64,000 nt of DNA from contig NC_068992.1 in the NCBI RefSeq assembly GCF_001194135.2, forward strand, positions 47,847,069 to 47,911,068, given 5' to 3'. The first letter of the stretch is position 1. Each line of letters starts with the position of its first letter. The notes under the pieces were generated by a model. The model saw nothing but the letters and a program-made list of their open reading frames with translations, was not told where the DNA came from and searched no databases. Source of the stretch: Octopus bimaculoides (lineage: Eukaryota). The position numbers were made by a program, and so were the translations under genes. Positions 37,651 to 49,832 of this stretch are shown here, piece by piece.

Positions 37651-38019
37651 GGTGGGTATATATATATGTGTATATATATGCATTTTGACATTAATCTAGA
37701 CATGTTATTTTTCTCTCCATTTTCTATCCTCATTCCTTTCTATTGAAAAGCATAGGTTCGGAACATCAAAGATGTTTCCATTTTACCTGAGCATCAAACT
37801 AATATCCCTTGTTTGTTGTTTCCTCACCTACTTCGGTCTTTTGCTTTCCGTACATTTGAATCATATATGTATACATATATATATATATGCGTGTGCATGT
37901 GTGTGTGTGTGTGTGTGTATCTATTGTGGAATCACTTGTCATAGGCAGTAGAGAAGGGTTCTGCAATTTCTTGCTCAACAACCTGCACAGGTGATTTGTT
38001 TATAGCAATTAAATGTTTG

Positions 38020-38225
38020 TGTTGGCACATTAACTCATTCCCTCCATCAAATCAACATTACTTGTTCAGGTGCACAGTCTGCTGCATGTTAGATGTTAAA
38101 GTAGGCACTGAGCAATGCGAGATGAAGTGTTTTGCTCAAAAACACAAACCCCATGCTTGGTCTGAGAATTGAACCCATGTCTCACAATTATGAGTGTAAC
38201 ACACTACCACTAGACCACACACCTA
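38020..38225 (-). mobile_element. tRNA-headed SINE, degraded
   Basis: GAATTGAACCC...CACTACCACTAGACCAC is the reverse complement of B and A boxes; TTTGCTCAA block shared with 62240-62566. Confidence 0.55.
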
Positions 38226-38648
38226 AAACTATCTTCCTATNNNNNNNNNNNNNNNNNNNNNNNNNNNNNNNNNNNNNNNNNNNNNNNNNNNNNNNNNNNN
38301 NNNNNNNNNNNNNNNNNNNNNNNNNNNNNNNNNNNNNNNNNNNNNNNNNNNNNNNNNNNNNNNNNNNNNNNNNNNNNNNNNNNNNNNNNNNNNNNNNNNN
38401 NNNNNNNNNNNNNNNNNNNNNNNNNNNNNNNNNNNNNNNNNNNNNNNNNNNNNNNNNNNNNNNNNNNNNNNNNNNNNNNNNNNNNNNNNNNNNNNNNNNN
38501 NNNNNNNNNNNNNNNNNNNNNNNNNNNNNNNNNNNNNNNNNNNNNNNNNNNNNNNNNNNNNNNNNNNNNNNACTTTTTAACTCCTTTCAGCTCGAGAGCT
38601 GCAGTCATGCTGGGGCACTACCATTGAGTGTGTGTATGTGTGTGTGTG

Positions 38649-38711
<63 letters not shown>

Positions 38712-39129
38712 GCACACATGCATACAGTGGGTATGAAGATGCGTATGCAGGAATAGATAGTCACCTTGATTGGTGACAGTCAAATTCTTAAAAATCCAAC
38801 TTCTTAATCAAAGTAAGGTACTCCAAAAGCAGGTAAATTCGTTGGAAGCAAAGACATTGAAGCAAATATCAAAGAAGAGAGATGAACAAACAATCAAAGG
38901 TGTATGAAATAAATTTACATCAATTTACATAATTTAATATAACTTACATAATGATACATAATTTAACATAATTTTACATGCTATAATCATGTGACAACTC
39001 AAATTCTACACACCTATAATTGTTGATTGATTGATAGATAGTCTGACTGACTGACAGACAGTTATAGTACATCTAACATATCTTGAAGTTTGGCATATTT
39101 GGAGAACTATATTTAGTATGCATTCATAG

Positions 39130-39725
39130 TACTAGATCTGGTGAATCTAGACCATTAGATCTGGTATATCTAGCCCATTAGATCTGGTATATCTAGACCA
39201 TTAGATCTGGTATATCTAGACCATTAGATCTGGTATGTCTAGACCATTAGATCTGGTATATCTAGACCATTAGATCTGGTATATCTAGCCCATTAAATCT
39301 GGTATATCTCGCCCATTAGATCTGGTATATCTAGCCCATTAGATCTGATATATCTCACACATTAGATCTGGTATATCTAGACTATTAGATTTGGTATATC
39401 TAGACCATTAGATCTGGTATATCTATACCATTAGGTCTGGCAGATATAGACCATTAGATCTGGTATATCTAGCCCATTAGATCTGATATATCTAACCCAT
39501 TAGATCTGGTATATCTAGACTATTAGATCTGGTATATCTAGACCATTAGATCTGGTATATCTNNNNNNNNNNTATCTAGACCATTAGATCTGGTATATCT
39601 ATACCATTAGGTCTGGTGTATCAAAACCTTTAGTTATGGTAGATCTAAACCTTTACTTCTGGTTGGTCAAGACCATTAGATCTGGTATTTCTACATCATT
39701 AGATCTGGTAGATCTAGACCATTAA
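39130..39725. repeat. Tandem minisatellite, 23-bp unit TAGACCATTAGATCTGGTATATC, about 25 copies
   Basis: Direct reading; homogeneous centre, degenerate edges, 10-N gap inside. Confidence 0.95.
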
Positions 39726-40799
39726 ATCTAGTATAGCCAGAGAACAATATTTGTGTATCACACCTTGTCCCTACAACAGAACTACTTATGTACTCACAGG
39801 TTTTCAAGATAAGGGTTGGCTACAGCTACACATCAATAAAAACAATTTTATCAACAACTATAATAACAATAACAACAACATCAACAACAGTTGCAACAAC
39901 AGAGTTAAGTAAGTTTCCTAAGAATACTGCTATGAAGTGATAATATATAGACAGATAGTTTGATAGTTTGGCAGCTAACCATCAGTGTGTCGTTAAAACT
40001 ATCTTAATTTAATGATATTGCCCTCCACAAAACAAACCCCCTGTCATGCCCTTCACATTCTTAACCTCCCATAAATTATAGTCATAAACATAAACCGAAA
40101 CATTTAACTCCCATAAATGCAATCCTAACAAAATTCCATAGATATTGCCGTCCATTAAATACAATATGAAATGAGATGCTGTTTGGTTTGTTTTGTTTTT
40201 AATTTATATTTATATTCTCCTGTTTTTCTTTTCTGTTATTAATTTATCGTTTGTTGCTTTTTTTTTAAAAAATTCCAACTGTATAAACATTGTCTATATT
40301 TCATGTCTGTGAGATATGAGACGAGACAGAAAATATTTCCATTGTGCATTTGTAATGTTGTGTAAATGCTTCATGACCCTAGAGGGTTGGGTCAACACAG
40401 AAGGTTTTTATCTACATATGTTGTTATACTGTGGCCAACATGCTAAGTGATATTATCCACTCCACTCCTCTGACCACATCTACAGCCTGATATTGCTGTT
40501 TGCGGTGAGGAATCAGTAACTAAAATTTAAGCAATTAAACTACATACTCACAAATTTTATGGACAAAAAATCTATAGTTTTAGATGTGGGAAAAAGATGT
40601 AATATTGTTATTTAACACCAGAACAACCATCATTGATCAGTTATGATCAAAGACACTCCAACCATGACCATTTCATGTTGTCTTTTACAGATATCTCAAA
40701 CTACATTATCTAATATTGTCCTTTCTTAATAAAAATTATTGAATGCAATTTAAGTAAGATCTGGCTACTATTCCTAGCAAGTCAAGTGATCGCATAAAG

Positions 40800-40880
40800 C
40801 AGTGTTTCTCAACCCTTTTTAACCTATGGATCCCCTTAGATTCCCATTTTACTCACATGGCCCCCTCCTAAACAGTCAAT
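40800..40880. mobile_element. hAT (Charlie-like) terminal fragment
   Basis: CAGTGTTTCTCAACC terminus; partner end not found. Confidence 0.45.
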
Positions 40881-40924
40881 GTTTTAAAAAGTCATATATC
40901 TTTATAATTATATATTGTTAGACA

Positions 40925-41298
40925 TTTTATCTTTTACATGTTTCAGTCATCTGACTGCGACCATACTGGAGCACCAATCTGAAGATCTTTTAGTCATATG
41001 TATCAACCCCAGTACTTGTTACATTTTTTTTTAAAGCCTGGTACTTACTCTGTCGGTCTCTTTTGCTAAACTGCTAAATTACGGGGACATAAACACACCA
41101 ACACTGGTTGTCAAGTAAAAGTGGGGAGGACAAACACACACACACACATATATACATATATATGTTGAGCTTCTTTCGGTTTCCATCTATCAAATCCAGT
41201 CACAAGGATTTGGTCGGTCCGAGACTACAGCAGAAGACACTCGCTTAAGGTGCCACACAGTGGAACCATATGGTTGGGAAGCAAGCTTCTTACCAGAC
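40925..41298 (-). mobile_element. SINE family A, near-full-length
   Basis: Reverse complement collinear with 9216-9620. Confidence 0.85.
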
Positions 41299-42122
41299 AA
41301 GAAGAATAACCAATTTATTGCAGATAAATTTTAACAACAAATTCTTCTGGCATAAAGGCTAACACTGTAGTTGTGATATTTTAGTTTTCTTAGAGAAAAA
41401 GAGAAACTTGACTGATGTGAAAACCATTCCAGCGCTGAGTAGAAATATAAGTTACAAAATAAACACCCAACTGTAAAGAGTACCACCACACAGTAAGTAA
41501 CAGGAGTATTGTATAATTGGTAAAACTGAGTTGAAAGATAATTCTGGGGGTCCTTATGGTATGGGTGGTGGTGGTGGTCATGAAAGAAATGAGGGTGTAA
41601 GGAAGTGCTGTTGGTGAAGGCTTGGATTGTAGTTGGAATGGGACTAGCTTGATCAATCAGACTAATGACTGATAGCATTCCAGCTTTGACAATCCCTTCT
41701 TTTCATGCATCAACAATTATAATGTCCAACAAGGTACATTTGTTTTAAAAACAGCAGGTAGGGTATGCTGATATGAAGGAGATTTGGTTGCTGTTTCTAG
41801 CATGTCTAGCGGCGGTGGTGGCGGCTGCTGTGGTGGCAGTGTTGGTGGTGGTGGTGGTGTTGGCTGCAGTGGTGGTGGTGGTGGTGTTGGNNNNNNNNNN
41901 NNNNNNNNNNNNNNNNNNNNNNNNNNNNNNNNNNNNNNNNNNNNNNNNNNNNNNNNNNNNNNNNNNNNNNNNNNNNNNNNNNNNNNNGAAATCCAGCCCA
42001 TCCTGTTCTTGTAAGAACCATCACAGAATGGTAAGACATGTCTGACATGTAAACTAATGAAATTATTATTAGTTCCAGTTGAGTTGTTTAGCAACAGTCA
42101 ACAACTCCCTAAATAACAGAAG

Positions 42123-42155
<33 letters not shown>

Positions 42156-43397
42156 ATAAACCAGGGCTGCTCTTTTGGGAGGGCACTGAAAAACTACCAT
42201 GTTTATGTAGTGTGACATGGTTGAATAAACAAATACAAGATATTCCCAGGGAGACTACAAACCAAGGAGGAAGCTTCTACATGGTCGCTAAACCTGCTAC
42301 AAATAGCAGCTAAATCATCCTTAAACTGAACCCCACCATTGCATTTTACATTGTGGCTATCCTAATATAAGATATTAGGATAGCCACAATGGAAATGTAG
42401 TATTAGGTGGGATGGTCATGGCTGGAGTACTTTTAACGACAGAGCTGCTCGATCAGGATCAGCCTGATGTAAAACAACTGTAATAATAATAATACTATAA
42501 ATGGGGGAGGGAGTAAGTGGCATTGGTATGAGATGTTGAAGCATTCATGCATTTCTTTTGAGTACGAGTGATGGAAGTGAAGTCAATGGCTCCATCAATT
42601 AAAAGAAACTCAAGTAACAAACTCACCTTGACTAAGTGTTTATCTCAATTTAACAGAACTCAACAGAACGGTAAATATCTCTCTCCTGCACACTCCACAC
42701 TTAATTCCCTTCCTTTAGAATCTCATTAACTACAAGGGACATACTCAGTGTCAGTGGGGAATCCTTATTTGAAAATATCTTCATATTATGTGCGTTTAAT
42801 CAGCAATGTGTTCTCTCTTACATTAACTCGAGTTATATATCTCATTAAGTCAGAGATCAAAGGTGGTATAAATTTGGGAAATGATACATAAGGGAGAATC
42901 TAGTTTAAACATATATTTACGCTATGAATTTGATACTTTTGAAATTCTTTCTCTTGGTTCCTGGCTTAAGTTAGATATGTTAGTTTAAGCTTCACTTAAT
43001 TAACCGATATCAAACCTGTATTACATTGATAATGGAATTAACATATTTCGTCTGGCGTTTAATTGCAACAGCATCTCATTAATGCCTGTTGTGTAACTGA
43101 TTTTATACAAAAGCTGGACAGGCATTGCAAGAAGCTATTTCGGTGAGACAGAATTAAGAATCTTAAAATCAACATATTTATGCTCAATAAGCCCAGACAA
43201 CACCAACACATAGAGAGGGTGTCTAGTTATCCATTCATCACCTTCACACTGTGTCCATTCAGCCAACACCTATAACGTAATAAATTATATACTTCAGCAC
43301 ACATTATATAACGTAATTATTATGTGTGCGTATATAAACATCCTTTAATGTTGTTGTGAAAATTGTTTAAGGTTAAAATTCCAGCTATTGATTGAGA

Positions 43398-43462
43398 ACA
43401 CATGACCAGGAACTGGACTATAAGGATTTCAAGCCTTATTAGACTCTCTTCAGATCATGTGT
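43398..43462 (-). ncRNA. Hammerhead-ribozyme-like motif, degenerate stem III
   Basis: Minus strand: ACACATGAT-CTGAAGA-GAGTC(TAATAA)GGCTT-GAAA-...-GTCATGTGT; intact core and 5-bp stem II enclosed by a 9-bp helix. Confidence 0.45.
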
Positions 43463-43731
43463 ACCTGAGTGATAATATTCTCTCTGATATAGCCATAATG
43501 CTTTATAAACACTACAGTAGTCAGTGTTAGTAAAAGATTTTAACCTTCCCTCTTGAGATGAGACTAAATCTCTCAGTCCAGCCTCCATAACATTGCAAAC
43601 GAATGTGATGGTGCTTTAACAAACATCAGCCATTGTGAATTATATCTTTCACAATGCAGTGTATGGTGTAATATATAATGTGTAGATAAGTGTATTTGTA
43701 TGTATGTATAAATTTGTACATGAAATTCAGT

Positions 43732-43773
<42 letters not shown>

Positions 43774-43803
43774 NNNNNNNNNNNNNNNNNNNNNNNNNNN
43801 NNN

Positions 43804-43857
<54 letters not shown>

Positions 43858-43975
43858 TTTCATGTTTGTATTAATTGGAGTCTTAGCTAGACTGTTTACA
43901 TATATATGATGCACATGAACATAGTGTCTGCTTAAACAGTGTACACGTACACACACACACACACACACGCACGCA

Positions 43976-44019
<44 letters not shown>

Positions 44020-44274
44020 AGCATGAGGATGCAGGATATCAGGCTTTACTACTACAATTAAAGCTGATATCCTCCATCGTCGTGTTATATTATTCTTATA
44101 TTCATCTTATTCTGCAGTAGGATATTTTCCAGGGCTGGATACACATGTGGAACTCCTCTATGCATAACACGTGGTAGCCAAATAATGACATAAAAGTTCT
44201 TAAATGCACAGTATGAAGATTTTACCCAAACTATACTAAACATATATATGTATATCCAGTTCACATGTAGCTCT

Positions 44275-44580
44275 ATCTCCCCAGTCAACATATACACACT
44301 GTGTCTATCTACCCTGTCAACTTCTACAAATTGTGACAATCCATCCAGTCAATATCTATGCACTGAGTTTGTCGATCCAGTCAACATCTATGCATTGTGA
44401 CTGTCAATCCAGTCAACTTTTACATACTGTGTTATCCAGTCAACATCAACTCAGTGTGTCATCTTACCCTGTTAACATTATCTACACACTATGTCATTCT
44501 ATCCTGTCAATATTTCTACACACTGTGTTTCTCTATCCAGTCAACATTTACACACTTATCTATGCATACAGTAAATATAT
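44275..44580. repeat. Degenerate minisatellite, about 30-35-bp unit (TATCCAGTCAACATCTACACACTGTG-like), about 10-11 copies
   Basis: Recurrent CC(A/T)GTCAA core read directly. Confidence 0.8.
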
Positions 44581-44769
44581 ACAGTCTGTGAGTCGCATAG
44601 GATGAAGAGAAAGTGGATGTGCTTCATCAGGTTTACTTAGCCATCAATAACACTATGTGTGTAGCTAGATTAGCTTCTACATGTATACTACATCACTAAC
44701 CACTGTGTTTGTGTTTATGGGTATCTGTATGTATGTATATCACATTAGAAATTAACCATGAAGAGATTC

Positions 44770-44830
44770 ACTTACTTGTATTATTCCAAATTTGGGACTT
44801 ACCTGCAAAGGAAAATAAAAAGAAACTTTA
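44770..44830 (-). promoter_or_regulatory. Candidate recursive splice site with a 27-nt RS-exon/microexon (44802-44776)
   Basis: Minus strand: AACTAAAGTTTCTTTTTATTTTCCTTTGCAG|GTAAGTCCCAAATTTGGAATAATACAA|GTAAGTG. Confidence 0.55.
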
Positions 44831-45185
44831 GTTATATTATTCTTGAGGATTAAAGAAATGTTGGAGAGATCTGCATTGATTAAACAAACAAAACTACTGT
44901 ATTAATTAATTGTATTAATTAATTTTTGAAAGTTGTTGTTGTTTAAACCAAGGTGATTCCTCATTCAACAGCTCAATGATTAAAGGGGTTCCAGCTATGA
45001 CCATCCTGCATTTTATTTCCAAACAAGCAGTGAATCTGGATGGTCAACTGGCAAAATTATTAAAGCATTAGTCAAATACAGCATGACATTTAATCCAGCT
45101 CATTGCCTTTGAGTTCAAATCCAACTAAAGTAAACTTCCCCTTTTATCCTTCTGGAAGAGGGCATGCAATATAATAAAAAAAAAG

Positions 45186-45330
45186 GGTGGCAAGCTGACA
45201 GAATCATTAGCATACCGGGCGAAATGCCTAGCAGTATTTTGTCTGCTGTTATGTTCTGAGTTCAAATTCCGCCAAGGTCAGCTTTGCATTTCAACTTTTC
45301 GGGATCACTTAAATAAGTACCAGTGGTGGT
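45186..45330 (+). mobile_element. SINE-like family C, truncated
   Basis: GGCAAGCTGACAGAATCATTAGCATACCGGGCGAAATGC...GTTCTGAGTTCAAATTCCGCCAAGGTC. Confidence 0.85.
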
Positions 45331-45387
45331 GGACAAACATAGACACAAATATAACCACACACACATACACATATACACACATACACA

Positions 45388-45444
<57 letters not shown>

Positions 45445-45607
45445 ATATGACAGGCTTCTTTTCATTTTCTGTCCACCAAATTCATTCACAAGGATTTGAT
45501 CAGCCCGAGGCTATAGTAGAAGACACATGCCCAAGGTGCCATGCACTAGGACTGAACATAGACCCATGGGGCTTGGAATCAAGTTTCTTACCACATAGCT
45601 ATGCCTA
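45445..45607 (-). mobile_element. SINE family A, 5' half
   Basis: GAGGCTATAGTAGAAGACACATGCCCAAGGTGCCATGCA. Confidence 0.85.
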
Positions 45608-47811
45608 TGATGAAGAATAAATTTTACAACCATGGTAAGAATATATTTAACAAAAAAAAAAAACGATATTTAACAAAAACACTTTATTTAGTCCAGTATA
45701 TTAATTCTGGCACCACCATTCCACTACTAGTCATGAGGTGCCAGAAAGATTAACAGACTTAAAAGCACAGAGAGCTTTTGACAATTCTAGTTTCAAATTT
45801 GAAAGAACACTTGAGGAAGAAATAAAGCAGAAAAGCTGTCATCACTTTTAATGAAAACCAACTGTAGTTTCCGAATAAACCAGGCAGAATATGAAATACG
45901 CAATAATATAAATATCATCACAAGGTTTTTTTTCATAACTCACACTTAGCAAGGAGACCTAGCACTGGACAGCTGAATGGGTGAGCAGCTGGAAGTCTAA
46001 GAGAGGCTGTATAGTTGAGGTGGGCACCCGCCTTGCTTCAGTGTAAAGTTTGTTTTATAACTTCCCTCTTTAACTCACCATTAACTTGTTTATCAGCATT
46101 TGTCAGCTCTCATTACAAAATTCGAGCTTTATCTCAACTGAATTCTACTCTAGTTACAAGTGAAGTATATGAACAATATCAGTGTGCATGCATGTACGTG
46201 TGTGTGTGTGTATATATATCTGTTCATGTGTCTGTAGATGTATGTTAATTCATGTGTGTGTGTGTGTATGCGCAAATATTTACATGTGTGTGTGGATATA
46301 TATTCTGTGAGTACGAGAATGCATTTTTCTAAAAGTTAAGGGTTGGGGTAGAATTGTTAAGCTATCATAGCTTCTTCTTTCCAATTATCACCACCACCAC
46401 ACTACCACCATCACCACCACAAAAACAACATCTTGTCTAAAACGTTAAGTATATTTTATTCGAGATGAGCAAAGCTTCCGCAATCTCATAATGTAACATA
46501 CATTCCCCAACATTTATTCGTTGTTATGTTTTTACATGCGCATACTGCAAAACACAGACACCTACTCATAAACATTCACATGTGTGCGTGTATATTTATA
46601 TATACATATGTACGTATTTACCTACATATATATATATATANNNNNNNNNNNNNNNNNNNNNNNNNNNNNNNNNNNNNNNNNNNNNNNNNNNNNNNNNNNN
46701 NNNNNNNNNNNNNNNNNNNNNNNNNNNNNNNNNNNNNNNNNNNNNNNNNNNNNNNNNNNNNNNNNNNNNNNNNNNNNNNNNNNNNNNNNNNNNNNNNNNN
46801 NNNNNNNNNNNNNNNNNNNNNNNNNNNNNNNNNNNNNNNNNNNNNNNNNNNNNNNNNNNNNNNNNNNNNNNNNNNNNNNNNNNNNNNNNNNNNNNNNNNN
46901 NNNNNNNNNNNNNNNNNNNNNNNNNNNNNNNNNNNNNNNNNNNNNNNNNNNNNNNNNNNNNNNNNNNNNATATATATATATATATATATAGTATGTATAC
47001 ATATATGCAAGTATGTGTGTATGTATGTCTGTATATATGTAAATGCATACATATATATACACACTGTTTCTCACTCATCTCTTGACACACATTCACCTAC
47101 ACAGATGCACACTTGAATATTTGAGTGTGTATGTGGAGAAATATATTTAAATGAATATAAAAATGTGTGTTTGTGTATGTGTGCATGTACACACACACAC
47201 ACATATATATATATATTATGTCTACACAAATATACATACATACATATGTAAGTATGTATGTTTAAATTTAATATGTGTTTACCCATGCAGTAATGAGTTA
47301 AAGAGGTTTTCTACACAACATATCACCACATATCTTGATCTTGTATCATCTCATCTGTAAAGACCATTCACACATTCCTATAAAGTGAGATTGGCTCAGT
47401 GGGTAAGGTACTGGTCTACCTACCTAGACAACATGAGTTCAAGTGTGTTACAGGTACTACAATTTCTGAAGGGAATATTCTATTTGGTCCACCAAATTCC
47501 TTAGTAATAGACAGTAAAACTTGTGATGAAAATTGTTCCATCCATTGGCCCCTAATCTTTTCTTTCCAGTATAGTGGATCTACAAATACATTATGCTTCA
47601 TGTACATTCCTTTTTAAGAGGGTAGGGTGTGAATTGATTGCTATTTCTAGCATGTCAAACAACCACAAAGAGGCTCTCTCAGAGAGGTTGGTGAGTAAAT
47701 AAACAGACTGTAGCAATTGTCTAAATGTAACATATACGGTTGTATGTATGTATATACACACATACATATAAATCTATGCACATGTATGTACGTATGTGTA
47801 TGTTTGCTGTA

Positions 47812-48203
47812 TACTCTTTTACTCTTTTACTTGTTTCAGTTATTTGACTGTGACCATGCTGGAGTACCACCTTTAGTCAAGCAAATCGACCCCAGGACTT
47901 ATTCTTTGTAAGCCTAGTACTTATTCTATCGGTCTCTTTTGAAGGAACCGCTAAGTTACGGGAACATAAACACACCACTATCGGTTGTCAAGTGATGTTG
48001 GGGGGACAAACACAGACACACAAACATACATATACATATATACGACGGGCTTCTTTCAGTTTCCGTCTACCAAATCCACTCACAAGGCTTTGGTCGGCCC
48101 GAGGCTATAGTAGAAGACACTTTGCCCAAGGTGCCACACTGTGGGACTGAACCCAGAACCATGTGGTTAGTAAGTAAGCTCCTTACCACACAGTCACTCC
48201 TGT
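47812..48203 (-). mobile_element. SINE family A, full-length young copy
   Basis: Near-identical reverse complement of 9216-9620. Confidence 0.9.
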
Positions 48204-49219
48204 AGTACCTGTAACATATTTGTATATATATATATATATATATNNNNNNNNNNNNNNNNNNNNNNNNNNNNNNNNNNNNNNNNNNNNNNNNNNNNNNNNN
48301 NNNNNNNNNNNNNNNNNNNNNNNNNNNNNNNNNNNNNNNNNNNNNNNNNNNNNNNNNNNNNNNNNNNNNNNNNNNNNNNNNNNNNNNNNNNNNNNNNNNN
48401 NNNNNNNNNNNNNNNNNNNNNNNNNNNNNNNNNNNNNNNNNNNNNNNNNNNNNNNNNNNNNNNNNNNNNNNNNNNNNNNNNNNNNNNNNNNNNNNNNNNN
48501 NNNNNNNNNNNNNNNNNNNNNNNNNNNNNNNNNNNNNNNNNNNNNNNNNNNNNNNNNNNNNNNNNNNNNNNNNNNNNNNNNNNNNNNNNNNNNNNNNNNN
48601 NNNNNNNNNNNNNNNNNNNNNNNNNNNNNNNNNNNNNNNNNNNNNNNNNNNNNNNNNNNNNNNNNNNNNNNNNNNNNNNNNNNNNNNNNNNNNNNNNNNN
48701 NNNNNNNNNNNNNNNNNNNNNNNNNNNNNNNNNNNNNNNNNNNNNNNNNNNNNNNNNNNNNNNNNNNNNNNNNNNNNNNNNNNNNNNNNNNNNNNNNNNN
48801 NNNNNNNNNNNNNNNNNNNNNNNNNNNNNNNNNNNNNNNNNNNNNNNNNNNNNNNNNNNNNNNNNNNNNNNNNNNNNNNNNNNNNNNNNNNNNNNNNNNN
48901 NNNNNNNNNNNNNNNNNNNNNNNNNNNNNNNNNNNNNNNNNNNNNNNNNNNNNNNNNNNNNNNNNNNNNNNNNNNNNNNNNNNNNNNNNNNNNNNNNNNN
49001 NNNNNNNNNNNNNNNNNNNNNNNNNNNNNNNNNNNNNNNNNNNNNNNNNNNNNNNNNNNNNNNNNNNNNNNNNNNNNNNNNNNNNNNNNNNNNNNNNATT
49101 CAATTACACAGGAAGGTATAGGAAAAACTGAAGACAAAAAGATGAGAGAAGAATTTACAAGATTTGATATCAGAATAGTGGACCTTTCAGCTTACATAGG
49201 AAAGATAGGAGAGTGATCC

Positions 49220-49730
49220 AGAGACAAGAGCAACAGAGGTGTGAGCAATAGAGGCATGAGTGATAGAGGTATGAGTGATAGAAAGTCATGAGTCATAGAG
49301 ACACAAGTGATAAACAGGCATGACTTACACATACAGGCATGACTGACAGAGACAGACATGACTGACACAGACAGACAGGCACAACAGACATGATTGAGAC
49401 AGGCAAGTACAGCTGAGACTGACAGGCATGAGTGAGATGGACAGCCATAAGTAATAGACAAGCATGAATAGTAAAGGTATGTGTGATAATGGCTTGAGTA
49501 ATTAATAAGCATGACTGATAAAAGCAATAGAGATGGTTGTGAAAGAGGTGTAAGTAAAAGGGCAATAAGTGATAGGGAGAGGAGTGAAGGAGGCAGAAGA
49601 AATAGTGATTTGTGTAATAGGGGGCATGAATGGTAGAGATAAGAGGGATGCAGGAAAGAGAGATGACTAATGACAGAAGGCATCGTGACCTAGCAGACAA
49701 AGTGATGACAGAGGAAGAACCAGGAGGTGA
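49220..49730. repeat. Low-complexity degenerate repeat built from GACAGGCATGA / GAGTGATAGA motifs
   Basis: Recurrent short motifs read directly; explains the spurious Leu/Ser/Cys-rich ORFs. Confidence 0.7.
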
Positions 49731-49769
49731 TGATGTGTGTGATTGCATGGCAAAAAGAGAGAGAGAGAG

Positions 49770-49832
<63 letters not shown>

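Noticed and set aside
39130-39725. CRISPR array (palindromic repeats)
   Set aside because: The units are contiguous with no unique spacers.
42627-42685. Minus-strand exon candidate ending at GTGAGT
   Set aside because: No pyrimidine tract at the acceptor, and stops in all three frames.
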